From: a bacterium
GTDB lineage: Bacteria > Zixibacteria > MSB-5A5 > GN15 > FEB-12
Reading direction: 5' to 3'
NCBI GenBank assembly: GCA_016708025.1
Contig: JADJGQ010000001.1
Span: 515,153 to 579,152, forward strand
Length of the DNA stretch: 64,000 nt
How positions within the stretch are numbered: the stretch's first letter is position 1; each line of letters opens with the position of its first letter. The notes under the pieces are model-generated. The model did no database searches and had not been told where the DNA came from. It was given only the letters and a program-made list of their open reading frames with translations. Shown here one piece after another: positions 1 through 9,380 of the stretch. The position numbers and the translations under genes were made by a program.

Positions 1-1
1 C

Positions 2-889
2 AGCCTGACTCGAATTGTAACTGATTTCGCTCATATCGCAAATACTTCGGGACTTTATCTTTATGCAGGCGCGGCATTGCTGCTAATCGGATTCGGGTTT
101 AAGGTTTCCGCGGTGCCATTCCATAGTTGGGTACCCGATGTCTATCAGGGGTCGCCGACGCCGGTCACGGCCTTTTTCTCTGTAGCTCCGAAAGCAGCCG
201 GGTTTGCCGCTTTGCTTCGGATATTCAGCTACGGATTTGCCGATATGGCGGTTCTTCAGGAGATATTCTGGGTGCTGGCTATCCTGACGATGACGGTCGG
301 TAATATCCTGGCGCTCAGGCAGGACAATGTCAAGCGGATGCTGGCCTACTCATCGATCTCGCACGCTGGCTATATTCTGGTAGCATTGACGGTTGGGGGA
401 GCGGTATCGGTATCGGCCGCGATCTTCTACCTGGTCGCATATAGCATGTTCAATTTGGGCGGGTTCGCAGTGGTGACGCTCCTGGAGAGCCGTTCCGGGA
501 TGAAGGCGGATTTCTCCGAATTGGCCGGACTGTCGCGCTCAAACCCGTATCTGGCGGCAACATTGGCTCTGTTCATGTTTGCGCTGAGCGGTTTTCCGCC
601 GACGGTGGGATTCCTCGGCAAATTCTATATTTTCTCCGCGGCTGTGGAGAAAGGGTTCATTACACTGACGGTGATCGGTGTGATGAATTCATTCGTGTCG
701 GTTTACTACTATCTGCGCGTGATCAAGGTTTCCTATTTCGATACGTTTGATGAACGACCGATCCCGGTAACGGTCAATTTCGCCATTCTGCTTGTCCTGG
801 TGGTCACGGCCATAGGCACGCTGGGCCTTGGATTCTTCCCGGACACGATCATTAATATGACCCGGCAGGCGATCTTCGCGTCAATGTAA
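2..889 (+). CDS. nuoN: NADH-quinone oxidoreductase subunit N, C-terminal portion (5' end outside the window)
   Basis: Frame is open from nt 2 to the stop at 887-889. The translation ...LLLIGFGFKVSAVPFHSWVPDVYQGSPTPVTAFFSVAPKAAGFAALLRIF... matches the conserved NuoN/ND2 antiporter-like core. Hydrophobic multi-TM profile throughout. Confidence 0.85.
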   Translation, partial: SLTRIVTDFAHIANTSGLYLYAGAALLLIGFGFKVSAVPFHSWVPDVYQGSPTPVTAFFSVAPKAAGFAALLRIFSYGFADMAVLQEIFWVLAILTMTVGNILALRQDNVKRMLAYSSISHAGYILVALTVGGAVSVSAAIFYLVAYSMFNLGGFAVVTLLESRSGMKADFSELAGLSRSNPYLAATLALFMFALSGFPPTVGFLGKFYIFSAAVEKGFITLTVIGVMNSFVSVYYYLRVIKVSYFDTFDERPIPVTVNFAILLVLVVTAIGTLGLGFFPDTIINMTRQAIFASM

Positions 890-1065
890 GCGGATTGGCG
901 GGCCATTTGGGCTAGTCTCTCGCTCACCTTTAGAATCATTGACTTTAAACCTCCATATTTAGTATGTTGCTACGAGTTCGGCTGCTGCCGGACTGGGGAA
1001 ACGGTCTCGATACGTAGCAGACATGCTGTCTGAAATCACAAGTCCCGGAAATAGTAACTCGGAGG

Positions 1066-3792
1066 TTGGTCTTGCGGTCACAGTTCCCAACGGTTTGTGC
1101 CTGTCTGGCATTGGTCATTCTCTTTTCAGGTGCAGCGATCGCGCAGTCCGCACCGAAACTCAATGTCGAACATTATGAATTGCCGAACGGGCTGGATGTG
1201 ATCCTCTGTGAGGATCACACTATTCCGGCGGTGGCAGTCAATATCTGGTACCATGTCGGTTCGAAGAATGAAAGGAATGGGCGGACCGGGTTTGCTCATC
1301 TGTTTGAGCACATGATGTTTCAGGGGAGCGAGCACTACAATTTCGATGTGTTCAACTTTGTCGAGCAGATGGGCGGAGAGTGCAACGGCAGCACCAATGT
1401 GGACCGAACGAATTATTTCGAAGTCGTCCCGAAAAACTACCTCGAGCAGGTACTGGCACTCGATGCCGACCGAATGGGGAATCTTTTGCCAACAATGGAC
1501 CAGGCGAAACTGGATAACCAGCGCGATGTGGTCAAGAATGAGCGCCGCCAGAGATATGAGAACGAGCCGTACGCCATCAGTTGGGAACTAGTACCACACC
1601 TTCTGTATCCTTCAGACCATGGTTACTCCTGGCCGACAATCGGGAGTATGGAAGACCTATCGGCGGCCTCGCTGGACGATGTCAAAGAGTTTTTCGTGAA
1701 GTTTTACTCGCCGAACAACGCGTCTCTATGTATTACCGGGGACTTCGATCCGGCGCAGGCAAAAGGATGGGTGGAGAAGTATTTCGGCCCGATTGCGCCG
1801 GGGCGACCGATCGAACGAGTGGCCGAGTATGTGCCGTCGCTTGACGGCGTGAAACGGGCGGTAGCGGAAGATCGCGTCAGATATCCCCGCCTTTACATGA
1901 CCTGGCCGACCCCCGGATTCTACAAACCTGGAGATGCCGATCTGGATATTCTGGCAACCATCCTGACTTATGGGTCGAACTCACGCTTGTACAAATCGCT
2001 AGTACATGAAAAGCAGATAGCCCAGAGCATTGTTGCCGCGCAGTATTCGAGCGAAATAGGCAGCCGGTTTGAGATCAATGCGATCGTACGTGAGGGGCAC
2101 ACGCTGGAAGAAGTGGAAGGGGCCATCGATGCCGAATTGCAGAAGGTCCTTTCAGACGGGGTGACCGCATCCGAGGTCGCGGCAGCACAGAACATTTATG
2201 AAATGGATTTCTTCCTGCGGCTCGAAAATATCCGTGACAAAGCAGACATTATAAACAGCTACAATGTTTTTCTCGGAGATCCGAACAATTTGGAGTGGGA
2301 TCTTGGTCGCTATCGCAATGTAACTCCTGCATCAGTCATTGATGCCGCAAAGAAATATCTGCACCTAGACAAGAGGTTGATTCTGTCAGTTGTTCCTCAA
2401 AAGAATCTGGCAGCAAAGGGAGAGATCGACCGCGCGGTGAAGCCGACAGCCGGCAGCGATCCGAAATTTGTGCCTCCAGTGCCGGAGATGGATAAGCTGG
2501 AGAACGGACTGGAGATCTATGTGATCAGCCGACCGGACCTTCCTCTGGTGCAGGTCAATTTGCTTGTCAAGAGCGGATGGGCAGCAGAACCGGCCGAAAA
2601 GCCGGGACTGGGCAGTCTGACGGTAGGCCTTCTCAAGAACGGAACGACTAGCCGGACTTTGATGCAGATATCCGAGGAGATGAAGCAGTTTGGAGCAATC
2701 CTAACGACGAGCAGTAGTTTCGACTATTCAAAGGTCGACCTCAGTGTCCTGAAGCGGAACCTGGACAAGGCACTACCAGTGATGGCGGATGTAGTGCTTA
2801 ACCCCTTGTTCGCGCAAGATGAACTGGATCGGCAGCGATCGCTACGTATCGAAAGGTCGAAACAGGAGAATGATCACCCAGTCGATGCCGCCTTTAAGAC
2901 TCTCTACCAACTGCTGTATGGCGATCATCATCCGTATGGTCAGTCATATACCGGGACAGGAACAGTGAATTTTCTGGAGGGAATGACCCGAGAGAATGTA
3001 ATCGCGTTCTATCAGTCGACCTTTAAACCGAATAATGCGGCGCTTCTCTTTGTCGGAGACATTACGATGTCGGAAGCAAAGGAGAAGGCGAAACGGTACT
3101 TTGGGAGCTGGCAGCAGGGGACTTCGGTGTCGACTGTCATTCCCGAGCCGTCGCTGCCTGACGAAACAATAATCTATCTGATAGATATGCCGGGTGCGGT
3201 ACAGAGCATTGTGGTGGCTGGCCACCCCGGAATGTCGCGGTTGTCGCCTGACTATGCGGCCGCTCAAGTTATTAATACGGCCCTTGGCGACCATTTCTCC
3301 AGCCGTCTGAATATGAACCTTCGGGAAGACAAGGGGTATACCTACGGCGCTTACACATTCTTCACCAGTCGAAGAGGAACCGGTGCGTTTGTTGCCTATT
3401 CGGCGGTACAAACCCAATCGACCAAGGAATCAGTGGCAGAAATGGTAAGAGAATTCCGGGATATTGTCGGCAGTCGCCCGGTAAGCGATGTTGAGATGCA
3501 AACCAATAGAGAGTTTTTGATCCGAAGTTTGCCTCAAGAATTTCAGTCTGTTGCAGCTATTGCGTCCCATCTGGACACGCTTGTCCAGAACGGTCTGCCA
3601 ATCGACTACTGGAACAAATATATGGACCAGTTGGCTTCGGTCGATGTCCCGATGGTCAATGCTAAGGCGAAAGAATATCTTCACCCGGATAACCTGATCA
3701 TCGTGATTTCGGGTGATCGGGCAAAGATCGAGGAGGGACTGCGCGGACTGGGGATTGGGGAAGTCGTCATTGTGCCTAAAGCACTGCACTGA
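1066..3792 (+). CDS. Secreted M16 (pitrilysin/insulinase) family zinc peptidase, double-length form with two M16 halves
   Basis: Signal-like N-terminus (CACLALVILFSGAAIAQS). Inverted zinc motif HxxEH in GFAHLFEHMMFQGS, with a downstream glutamate-rich NERRQRYENEP segment. A second M16-like half starts at about aa 480. GGAGG abuts TTG 1066, so TTG 1072 is an alternative start. Confidence 0.85.
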   Translation: MVLRSQFPTVCACLALVILFSGAAIAQSAPKLNVEHYELPNGLDVILCEDHTIPAVAVNIWYHVGSKNERNGRTGFAHLFEHMMFQGSEHYNFDVFNFVEQMGGECNGSTNVDRTNYFEVVPKNYLEQVLALDADRMGNLLPTMDQAKLDNQRDVVKNERRQRYENEPYAISWELVPHLLYPSDHGYSWPTIGSMEDLSAASLDDVKEFFVKFYSPNNASLCITGDFDPAQAKGWVEKYFGPIAPGRPIERVAEYVPSLDGVKRAVAEDRVRYPRLYMTWPTPGFYKPGDADLDILATILTYGSNSRLYKSLVHEKQIAQSIVAAQYSSEIGSRFEINAIVREGHTLEEVEGAIDAELQKVLSDGVTASEVAAAQNIYEMDFFLRLENIRDKADIINSYNVFLGDPNNLEWDLGRYRNVTPASVIDAAKKYLHLDKRLILSVVPQKNLAAKGEIDRAVKPTAGSDPKFVPPVPEMDKLENGLEIYVISRPDLPLVQVNLLVKSGWAAEPAEKPGLGSLTVGLLKNGTTSRTLMQISEEMKQFGAILTTSSSFDYSKVDLSVLKRNLDKALPVMADVVLNPLFAQDELDRQRSLRIERSKQENDHPVDAAFKTLYQLLYGDHHPYGQSYTGTGTVNFLEGMTRENVIAFYQSTFKPNNAALLFVGDITMSEAKEKAKRYFGSWQQGTSVSTVIPEPSLPDETIIYLIDMPGAVQSIVVAGHPGMSRLSPDYAAAQVINTALGDHFSSRLNMNLREDKGYTYGAYTFFTSRRGTGAFVAYSAVQTQSTKESVAEMVREFRDIVGSRPVSDVEMQTNREFLIRSLPQEFQSVAAIASHLDTLVQNGLPIDYWNKYMDQLASVDVPMVNAKAKEYLHPDNLIIVISGDRAKIEEGLRGLGIGEVVIVPKALH

Positions 3793-3811
3793 CCAGAAAC
3801 GAATGAGATTG

Positions 3812-3850
3812 AAAAAGGCGAGTGGTTACCCACTCGCCTTTGTTATTTGC
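3812..3850. terminator. Bidirectional rho-independent terminator between the convergent M16 peptidase and purF genes
   Basis: Perfect 11-bp stem AAGGCGAGTGG (3815-3825) / CCACTCGCCTT (3830-3840) with loop TTAC. An A-run lies upstream and a T-rich tract downstream. Confidence 0.6.
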
Positions 3851-3864
3851 ACAGAATTGCGCTC

Positions 3865-5277
3865 TTACACTTTGACCTTTTGCAGTTCCAAACGGTGCTT
3901 GCCGTTGATCTCCGGGACTTTCATTGGGTACTGACTGGAGAAGCAGCCGTGGCAGAAGCCTGCTTTGGGGAGTGACGGCATCGCCAGCATGCCATCCAGT
4001 GACAAGTAACGAAGCGAATCGACTCCGAGGTACTTTTCAATCTCTTCAAGCGACTTATTGGCCGCGATCAGTTCCGCACGAGTCGGCATGTCGATCCCAA
4101 AAAAGCAGGGGGAGATGATAGGCGGGGAAGAGACCCGGAAATGTACTTCCTTGGCACCGGCATCACGAATCATCTGAACCATCTTTTTGGAGGTCGTGCC
4201 GCGAACGATAGAGTCATCGACAACAATGACCCGTTTCCCATTGAGTACACCGCGAACCGGGTTGAATTTGACGCGGACATCGAGATCGCGAATGTGTTGC
4301 TCCGGATCGATAAAGGTGCGCCCCACGTAATGGTTGCGAATCAATCCGATCTCAAACGGGATACCGGATTCTTCGGCATAGCCGAGGGTCGCGGTGTTGG
4401 CCGAATCGGGGATACCGATAACGATATCTGCTTCGACCGGGTGTTCGCGAGCCAGTTGGCGACCAAGGCGACGGCGGATCTTATCGACATTCTCGCCGAA
4501 GACTTTTGAATCGGGACGCGAGAAGTAGATGTATTCAAAAATGCAGTGGGCCGGTTTGGCTGCCTTCATAGGGTAATGCGATTTCATGCCGTCGCGGGTG
4601 ATCTCCAGCACTTCGCCAGGCTCGATGTCCCGGATATATTCGCCACCGATGATGTCAAACGCGCAGGTTTCGGAGGCGACCACCATTGCACCGTTGAACT
4701 TGCCAAGCGCCAACGGGCGGAAGCCGTGCGGGTCACGTGCGGCAATGAGCGAATTTTCGGTCATGAAGAGAAGCGAGAAGGCCCCCTTGATGATCGACAA
4801 CGCGTCGCAGATGCGAGCGAGCGTATTTGCCTTCTTCGACGTGGCCGTAAGATGAAGGATGATCTCAGTGTCCGAGGTGGTCTGGAAAATCGAGCCCTTG
4901 GCATCGAGCTTAGAGCGAAGCTCCAGCGAATTGGTCAGGTTGCCATTGTGGGCGACCGCGAGATACTTGTTCCTGTTAGTGATCAGGAAAGGCTGAATAT
5001 TGATGAGTGAGGACGCACCGGTCGTGCTGTAACGGACATGGCCGAGCGCAATATCCCCGGTCAGTTTCTTGAGATTGGCTTTTTCGGCGAAGACTTCGGC
5101 GACCTGCCCCATACCTTTGTGCAGGTGTACCTTGCCGCTATCGACCGTAATGATTCCGGCGGATTCCTGGCCGCGATGTTGAAGGGCATAGAGTCCGAGG
5201 TAGGCGAGTTCGGCCGCATCGGCATTGCCGACGATTCCGAAGATACCGCATTGGTCGTGAATTACATCTTCCAGCAT
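3865..5277 (-). CDS. purF: Amidophosphoribosyltransferase
   Basis: N-terminal CGIFGIVG nucleophile region of a class II glutamine amidotransferase. YALQHRGQESAGI and the PRPP-binding loop VIVVDDSIVRGTTS are present, plus C-terminal cysteines typical of the Fe-S type enzyme. Confidence 0.95.
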   Translation of the reverse strand: MLEDVIHDQCGIFGIVGNADAAELAYLGLYALQHRGQESAGIITVDSGKVHLHKGMGQVAEVFAEKANLKKLTGDIALGHVRYSTTGASSLINIQPFLITNRNKYLAVAHNGNLTNSLELRSKLDAKGSIFQTTSDTEIILHLTATSKKANTLARICDALSIIKGAFSLLFMTENSLIAARDPHGFRPLALGKFNGAMVVASETCAFDIIGGEYIRDIEPGEVLEITRDGMKSHYPMKAAKPAHCIFEYIYFSRPDSKVFGENVDKIRRRLGRQLAREHPVEADIVIGIPDSANTATLGYAEESGIPFEIGLIRNHYVGRTFIDPEQHIRDLDVRVKFNPVRGVLNGKRVIVVDDSIVRGTTSKKMVQMIRDAGAKEVHFRVSSPPIISPCFFGIDMPTRAELIAANKSLEEIEKYLGVDSLRYLSLDGMLAMPSLPKAGFCHGCFSSQYPMKVPEINGKHRLELQKVKV

Positions 5278-5535
5278 ATCGACAGAAGTCCTCCGTCCGA
5301 AAAAAGGAAACCGCTAAGCTATTGCCGGTCAGTTCAAATGTCAACCGAATTCGCCGGCTTACCCAGCCAGGGCGGGAATATGTGAAAAACGCTGCAGGAA
5401 CGACTTTGTGCCCACCCGGGTGTGCATTTCCTGAACAGCGAAAAGACTGGATAAGTCACTGCAAATACGATATGTTTCGCCTGTACTTCAGATTTACTGC
5501 GTAATAGAGATTTCGGGAGAAATCGAGCATTCCGT

Positions 5536-6336
5536 TTGCTCAACAGGGTGTTGGGCAGATACCAAACTATGGAAGACCGCGCACAACACAGATTCGACAT
5601 CCTCAGGCAACTGGCTATTGCCGGTTACCGGGGGGAAGATTTCCGTCCGACCGCCGAAATGGCGCTTCGTCAGGCGGCCGATCTGGTTGGGCTTCAGGCG
5701 GCGGCGCTTTATCTCTGGAACGACTCCCGGGCGATCACTCTGGCGGTTTCTCATGCCGATTCTATCCAGGCACAGGAGACACTGACCTCCCTCGAAGAGA
5801 GCTTATTTGCCGGCCTCCGTAAGGACCGTCAGCTTCTGGCGGCCTACATGAGTTTTGGAGGGAATCCACCGTTTCAGACATTTACGCTTCCGATCCGGTT
5901 TGGGGAATCGATGTTGGGAGCGGTGATCGGGATACAAGAGGGGGACCATCGGCTGGTCTCTGAGGATATGTTTCTTGAGGCGGTTTGTGCGGCATTGTCG
6001 CTATACGTGGTGGCAGGTCAGGCCGGACTGGCGAAAGCCGCGACAAATGACCTGATCGCCAAAGAGCGGTTAGGAGCAGTGCTCCAGACCGCGGTGACAG
6101 TCAATCATGAGATCAACAACCCGCTCACCGCTATTCTGGGCAATATCCAACTGTTGCTGATGAAGCGGAAAGATCTGGATGAAGAGCTGGTCAGCAAACT
6201 AAAGACGGTTGAAGAAGCCGCACTTAAGATCAAGGATGTAACCCAGCGACTCCTCCGCATCACCTCGGCACGTTCTGTAGACTATGCCGAGGGGACCTCG
6301 ATGCTTGATATCTCCGACGATCCCGATTCCAAATAG
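5536..6336 (+). CDS. GAF domain protein with a histidine-kinase DHp (HisKA-like) helix but no catalytic ATPase domain
   Basis: The N-terminal ~160 aa are GAF-like (AALYLWNDSRAITLAV ... LGAVIGIQEG). The H-box VNHEINNPLTAILGNIQLL is followed by about 60 aa and a stop. No N/G1/G2 boxes are present. Start is uncertain (TTG 5536 or ATG 5569). Confidence 0.6.
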   Translation: MLNRVLGRYQTMEDRAQHRFDILRQLAIAGYRGEDFRPTAEMALRQAADLVGLQAAALYLWNDSRAITLAVSHADSIQAQETLTSLEESLFAGLRKDRQLLAAYMSFGGNPPFQTFTLPIRFGESMLGAVIGIQEGDHRLVSEDMFLEAVCAALSLYVVAGQAGLAKAATNDLIAKERLGAVLQTAVTVNHEINNPLTAILGNIQLLLMKRKDLDEELVSKLKTVEEAALKIKDVTQRLLRITSARSVDYAEGTSMLDISDDPDSK

Positions 6337-6337
6337 C

Positions 6338-7078
6338 CTAATTCTTCAGTATCCAGTCCACCAGCGCCTGCATCGCGGCCGGATTATCGTTGATGATATC
6401 GGTGCCGTGGGCATCACCATCAAAGATCATCAGGGTGCAGTGATCCGGATTTAATGACGCCATCTCCCGAACAGATTTGTACGAGTATTCGTCGCTGGAA
6501 GAGGCGACCAGCAGGATCTTTCCTTTGAATGCCATGATCGCATCAGCCGGTTCCAGGCCACGGTAGTTGAGTCCGGGGGAGAGGAGGATCATGCGCTGAA
6601 TTTCGGGCATTTCCTCAGTCAGCAGAGCCGCGGTGTTGGCGCCAATGGATGCGCCGATGAGGATGAGGTTGGAGGTACCTTTCAGGGCGTCTGCAATGTC
6701 AGCTGGATACTTGGCGAATTCGGTCTCCGTCATAGATTCCCAGCTCAGTGTAGCTTCTCCACGCTTGACCGAGCATCCATGGCCGCGCATGTCGAAGATC
6801 CGCCAGGTAGGGAGACTGAAATTTACCGAGTCTGTTCGTTTGCTCAACTCGGTTAGGCTGTCTTTCAGCGGGAAAAAACTATCACGCGTATGCCCCATCA
6901 TCGGCAGGCAGACAAACGTACTGGCGGCTTTTCCGGAACGACCGAAGGTGGTGGAGCAGATGACGAGCGAATCTCGGGCGACCGATTTCATCTCAGTCTG
7001 TGTGACCTTCATCACGGGCGTCTGGGAAAAGCCAACACTGCATGCGATTATGAGAATGATCGCCAAGTACGCTTTCAT
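6338..7078 (-). CDS. Secreted alpha/beta-fold hydrolase
   Basis: Signal peptide MKAYLAIILIIACSVGFSQ. Nucleophile elbow GASIG in LILIGASIGANTAA, with late Asp/His (SSSDEY, DGDAHGTD) consistent with a Ser-Asp-His triad. Confidence 0.65.
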   Translation of the reverse strand: MKAYLAIILIIACSVGFSQTPVMKVTQTEMKSVARDSLVICSTTFGRSGKAASTFVCLPMMGHTRDSFFPLKDSLTELSKRTDSVNFSLPTWRIFDMRGHGCSVKRGEATLSWESMTETEFAKYPADIADALKGTSNLILIGASIGANTAALLTEEMPEIQRMILLSPGLNYRGLEPADAIMAFKGKILLVASSSDEYSYKSVREMASLNPDHCTLMIFDGDAHGTDIINDNPAAMQALVDWILKN

Positions 7079-7160
7079 GTTTCCACCTCAGTCCTTTGTG
7101 GTCACCAAAGAGAAAGCGGCGATCACCAGATCACCGCTTGATTTCAGAACAGATACTCGC

Positions 7161-7757
7161 TTAGAGGTAGGTCTCGGAGACCTCTTTCAGTTTTGCTGAC
7201 AATTCGGTCGCATGAATCTTGTAGTTCTCCATGTCCTTCTTGTCACAACAGTCTTTCATCAGGGCAGCGAGCTTGTACACCCGGGCCAATTCTTTGACCA
7301 TGGCTTCCTGCTGTCCCTTCACTTCTGCTGGAATAGTAGATTCGTTCAATGCCGTGACCTTGGTCACCAGCGTTTCGGTCGAGCCGATGATCCCATCCAT
7401 GTTCTTGTTTGGGATATGCTGTTCGACGATGATCCCGGCGGTCATGATGGCACCCTCCAGTTCAGGGTAGGAGAAGGGAGAGAGCATATGGGCGGTATTT
7501 TCAAATTCTTCGTGAACTGACGGCATGAGCACGTAGCAGGAATCCTTGAGGCCAGCTTTGGCTGCTCCGGCGAAGTCCTTGACCAATTGGGCGAATTTCT
7601 CGCGATGGTTCAGAAAGGCTGCCTTGCGAGCAACGCTCTTCATAGTCGGTTGGATATCGGCGATTCCTTTGAAGAGCGAGTCAAATTTCGGACCGGCGGC
7701 AACCAGTGCATCGAGATCCTTGGCCGGGTAGGCGGAATGCCAGGTAGGAGCCATCAC
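7161..7757 (-). CDS. Hypothetical protein (helical); the N-terminus appears displaced by a frameshift
   Basis: Long ORF with no recognisable motif. The same frame is open upstream only as far as a stop codon, with no good start. A signal-peptide mini-ORF sits at 7780-7890 in another frame (see findings). Confidence 0.45.
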   Translation of the reverse strand: MMAPTWHSAYPAKDLDALVAAGPKFDSLFKGIADIQPTMKSVARKAAFLNHREKFAQLVKDFAGAAKAGLKDSCYVLMPSVHEEFENTAHMLSPFSYPELEGAIMTAGIIVEQHIPNKNMDGIIGSTETLVTKVTALNESTIPAEVKGQQEAMVKELARVYKLAALMKDCCDKKDMENYKIHATELSAKLKEVSETYL

Positions 7758-7915
7758 CTCGTGAAACGCACCAAACGCCTCAAATCCTTGTTTGGCGGCC
7801 TGATCGGATGGGCAGACATGGGCCAGGTTCTTCGGCCAAGGCCAGAGTTGTGAGCATCAGGAGAAGAACGAGTGAGGAGAAAAGTCGCATTGTGTGTGCT
7901 CCTGGTACGATATGG

Positions 7916-9063
7916 TTAAATAACATTTGTTTCATGAGTTACGTCGGCTCCGGTGAACCGAGTCGGGCTCAATGGCGAGATATCGATGGTCGGCTTTTCG
8001 CCGCACAGGATCTCGGCCGTCACCAGACCGGCCGCCGGGGCGTGCATGAACCCGTGCCCGGAGAACCCGGTGACATGGAACATACCGCCAACCTCGGCAT
8101 CGTGGCCGATGATCGCCTGGTGATCCGGAGTAGTCTCATAGAGACCGGCCCACTGATTAGCGATCTCCGCGGTTTCGAGTTGCGGGATCCGATCGAGTGC
8201 TTTTTCGATGATCGTGTCGACATAGTCTGGGTCAGTGGAGACATCAAATCCCGGCTTTACTGATTTGTCTGCCCAGCCAAGAAGCAGGCCCTTCGATTCC
8301 TTGTGGAAATAGAGCCCGGACTTGACATCGACGACCATCGGGAAGAACGGTTGTACAAAATCAAGTTCGCCGGTGGTGACGCACATCCGTTTGTACGGTT
8401 CGACTTTGACATCAGCTCCTGCAAGCTTTCCGATCTCGCCGGCCCATGCGCCTGCACAGTTGATAACCCAGGGAGTCTGAATTTCGCCTTTGGACGTGCG
8501 AACGGAAGTCAGCTTGTCGCCCGATTTACCAAAACCGGTTACATCGCATTCCAGTTCAACGTCGACCCCCATCTTCCGGATTGCCGACTCATAGCCGCGC
8601 AGAAATTCAGACGGGTCACCAAGACCATCATCATGGCAGAACGTGCCAAGTTGGATATCATCGAGCCGGACATGAGGAGCGTATTGCACTATCTCGCTGG
8701 GCTTGAGCAACTGGACATTGAGGCCGAGGGAACGTTGTAGTTCATAATGCTTGGTATAGGTTTTGACATCAGCATCATCCGACAAGAGGAAGAGGTAGCC
8801 GACCTGGTCAAAGAGAGCTTGGAACCGGTCTCTTCCTTGAAATTGGCAAACATCTTCTCGGAGAGCATCGACATTTCTATATTGGTCTTTGTTGAGAACT
8901 GGGCGCGAATTCCTCCGGCCGCTTTGGTGGTTGAACCAGCGCCAGTGAATGGCTCCTTTTCGACCAAGACGACCTGACCGAATTTCTTCCTGGCAAGATA
9001 GAATGCAACGGCGACTCCGATGATCCCTCCGCCTATTACAACCGCATCTGCTTTAGTCCGCAT
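7916..9063 (-). pseudogene. FAD-dependent oxidoreductase (DAO / sarcosine-oxidase-beta-like family) interrupted by one frameshift
   Basis: ORF 8689-9063 carries the dinucleotide fold DAVVIGGGIIGVAVAFYLA. ORF 7916-8785 continues the DAO family (CAGAWAGEIG, TGFSGHGFMHAPAAG). The frames switch near 8810-8830, where ...FKEETGS abuts ALFDQVGYLFLLSDD in the other frame. Confidence 0.75.
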
Positions 9064-9380
9064 GTCACTACCTCAAACAACAATCGTCGTACGTGAAGAT
9101 TTTCACTAAGGTAGGAAATAGGCGACTATTGTCAAGGGGATTCACCGAGCTTTCGGTGAAGGGGAAAACACAGCTCTCGGAGTTACGGCGTCATGTTGGT
9201 TGTCAGGTTGTCGTTCCAACTTATAGAAAGACAACGAGGTAGTGGGGGTCTGCGAAATACCAAAAGAAGAGAACATGGTAGATTGCAGTCGCTGATAGCC
9301 GAAATGTTGACTTATCTGGCTGGCTATAAGTGTCGAGGTCGACCGTTGCCCATTTTCCAACAATTCTCTACCTTGGCGAC

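Noticed and set aside
3815-3840. Shared terminator stem AAGGCGAG...CTCGCCTT here and at 50423-50448, considered as a possible REP-like repeat family
   Set aside because: There are only two copies, the inner stem and loop differ, and both sit exactly where intrinsic terminators are expected. The similarity is most simply convergent A-tract/GC-stem/T-tract architecture.
5278-5535. Possible purine/ZTP-type riboswitch in the purF leader, prompted by a CCGCCCTGGCTGG segment
   Set aside because: The rest of the ZTP/pfl consensus (the GGGTCGTGACTGGCG-type 5' subdomain) and the purine-riboswitch conserved loops are not present. Only a TTGACA-17 nt-TAGCTT promoter-like element is plausible.
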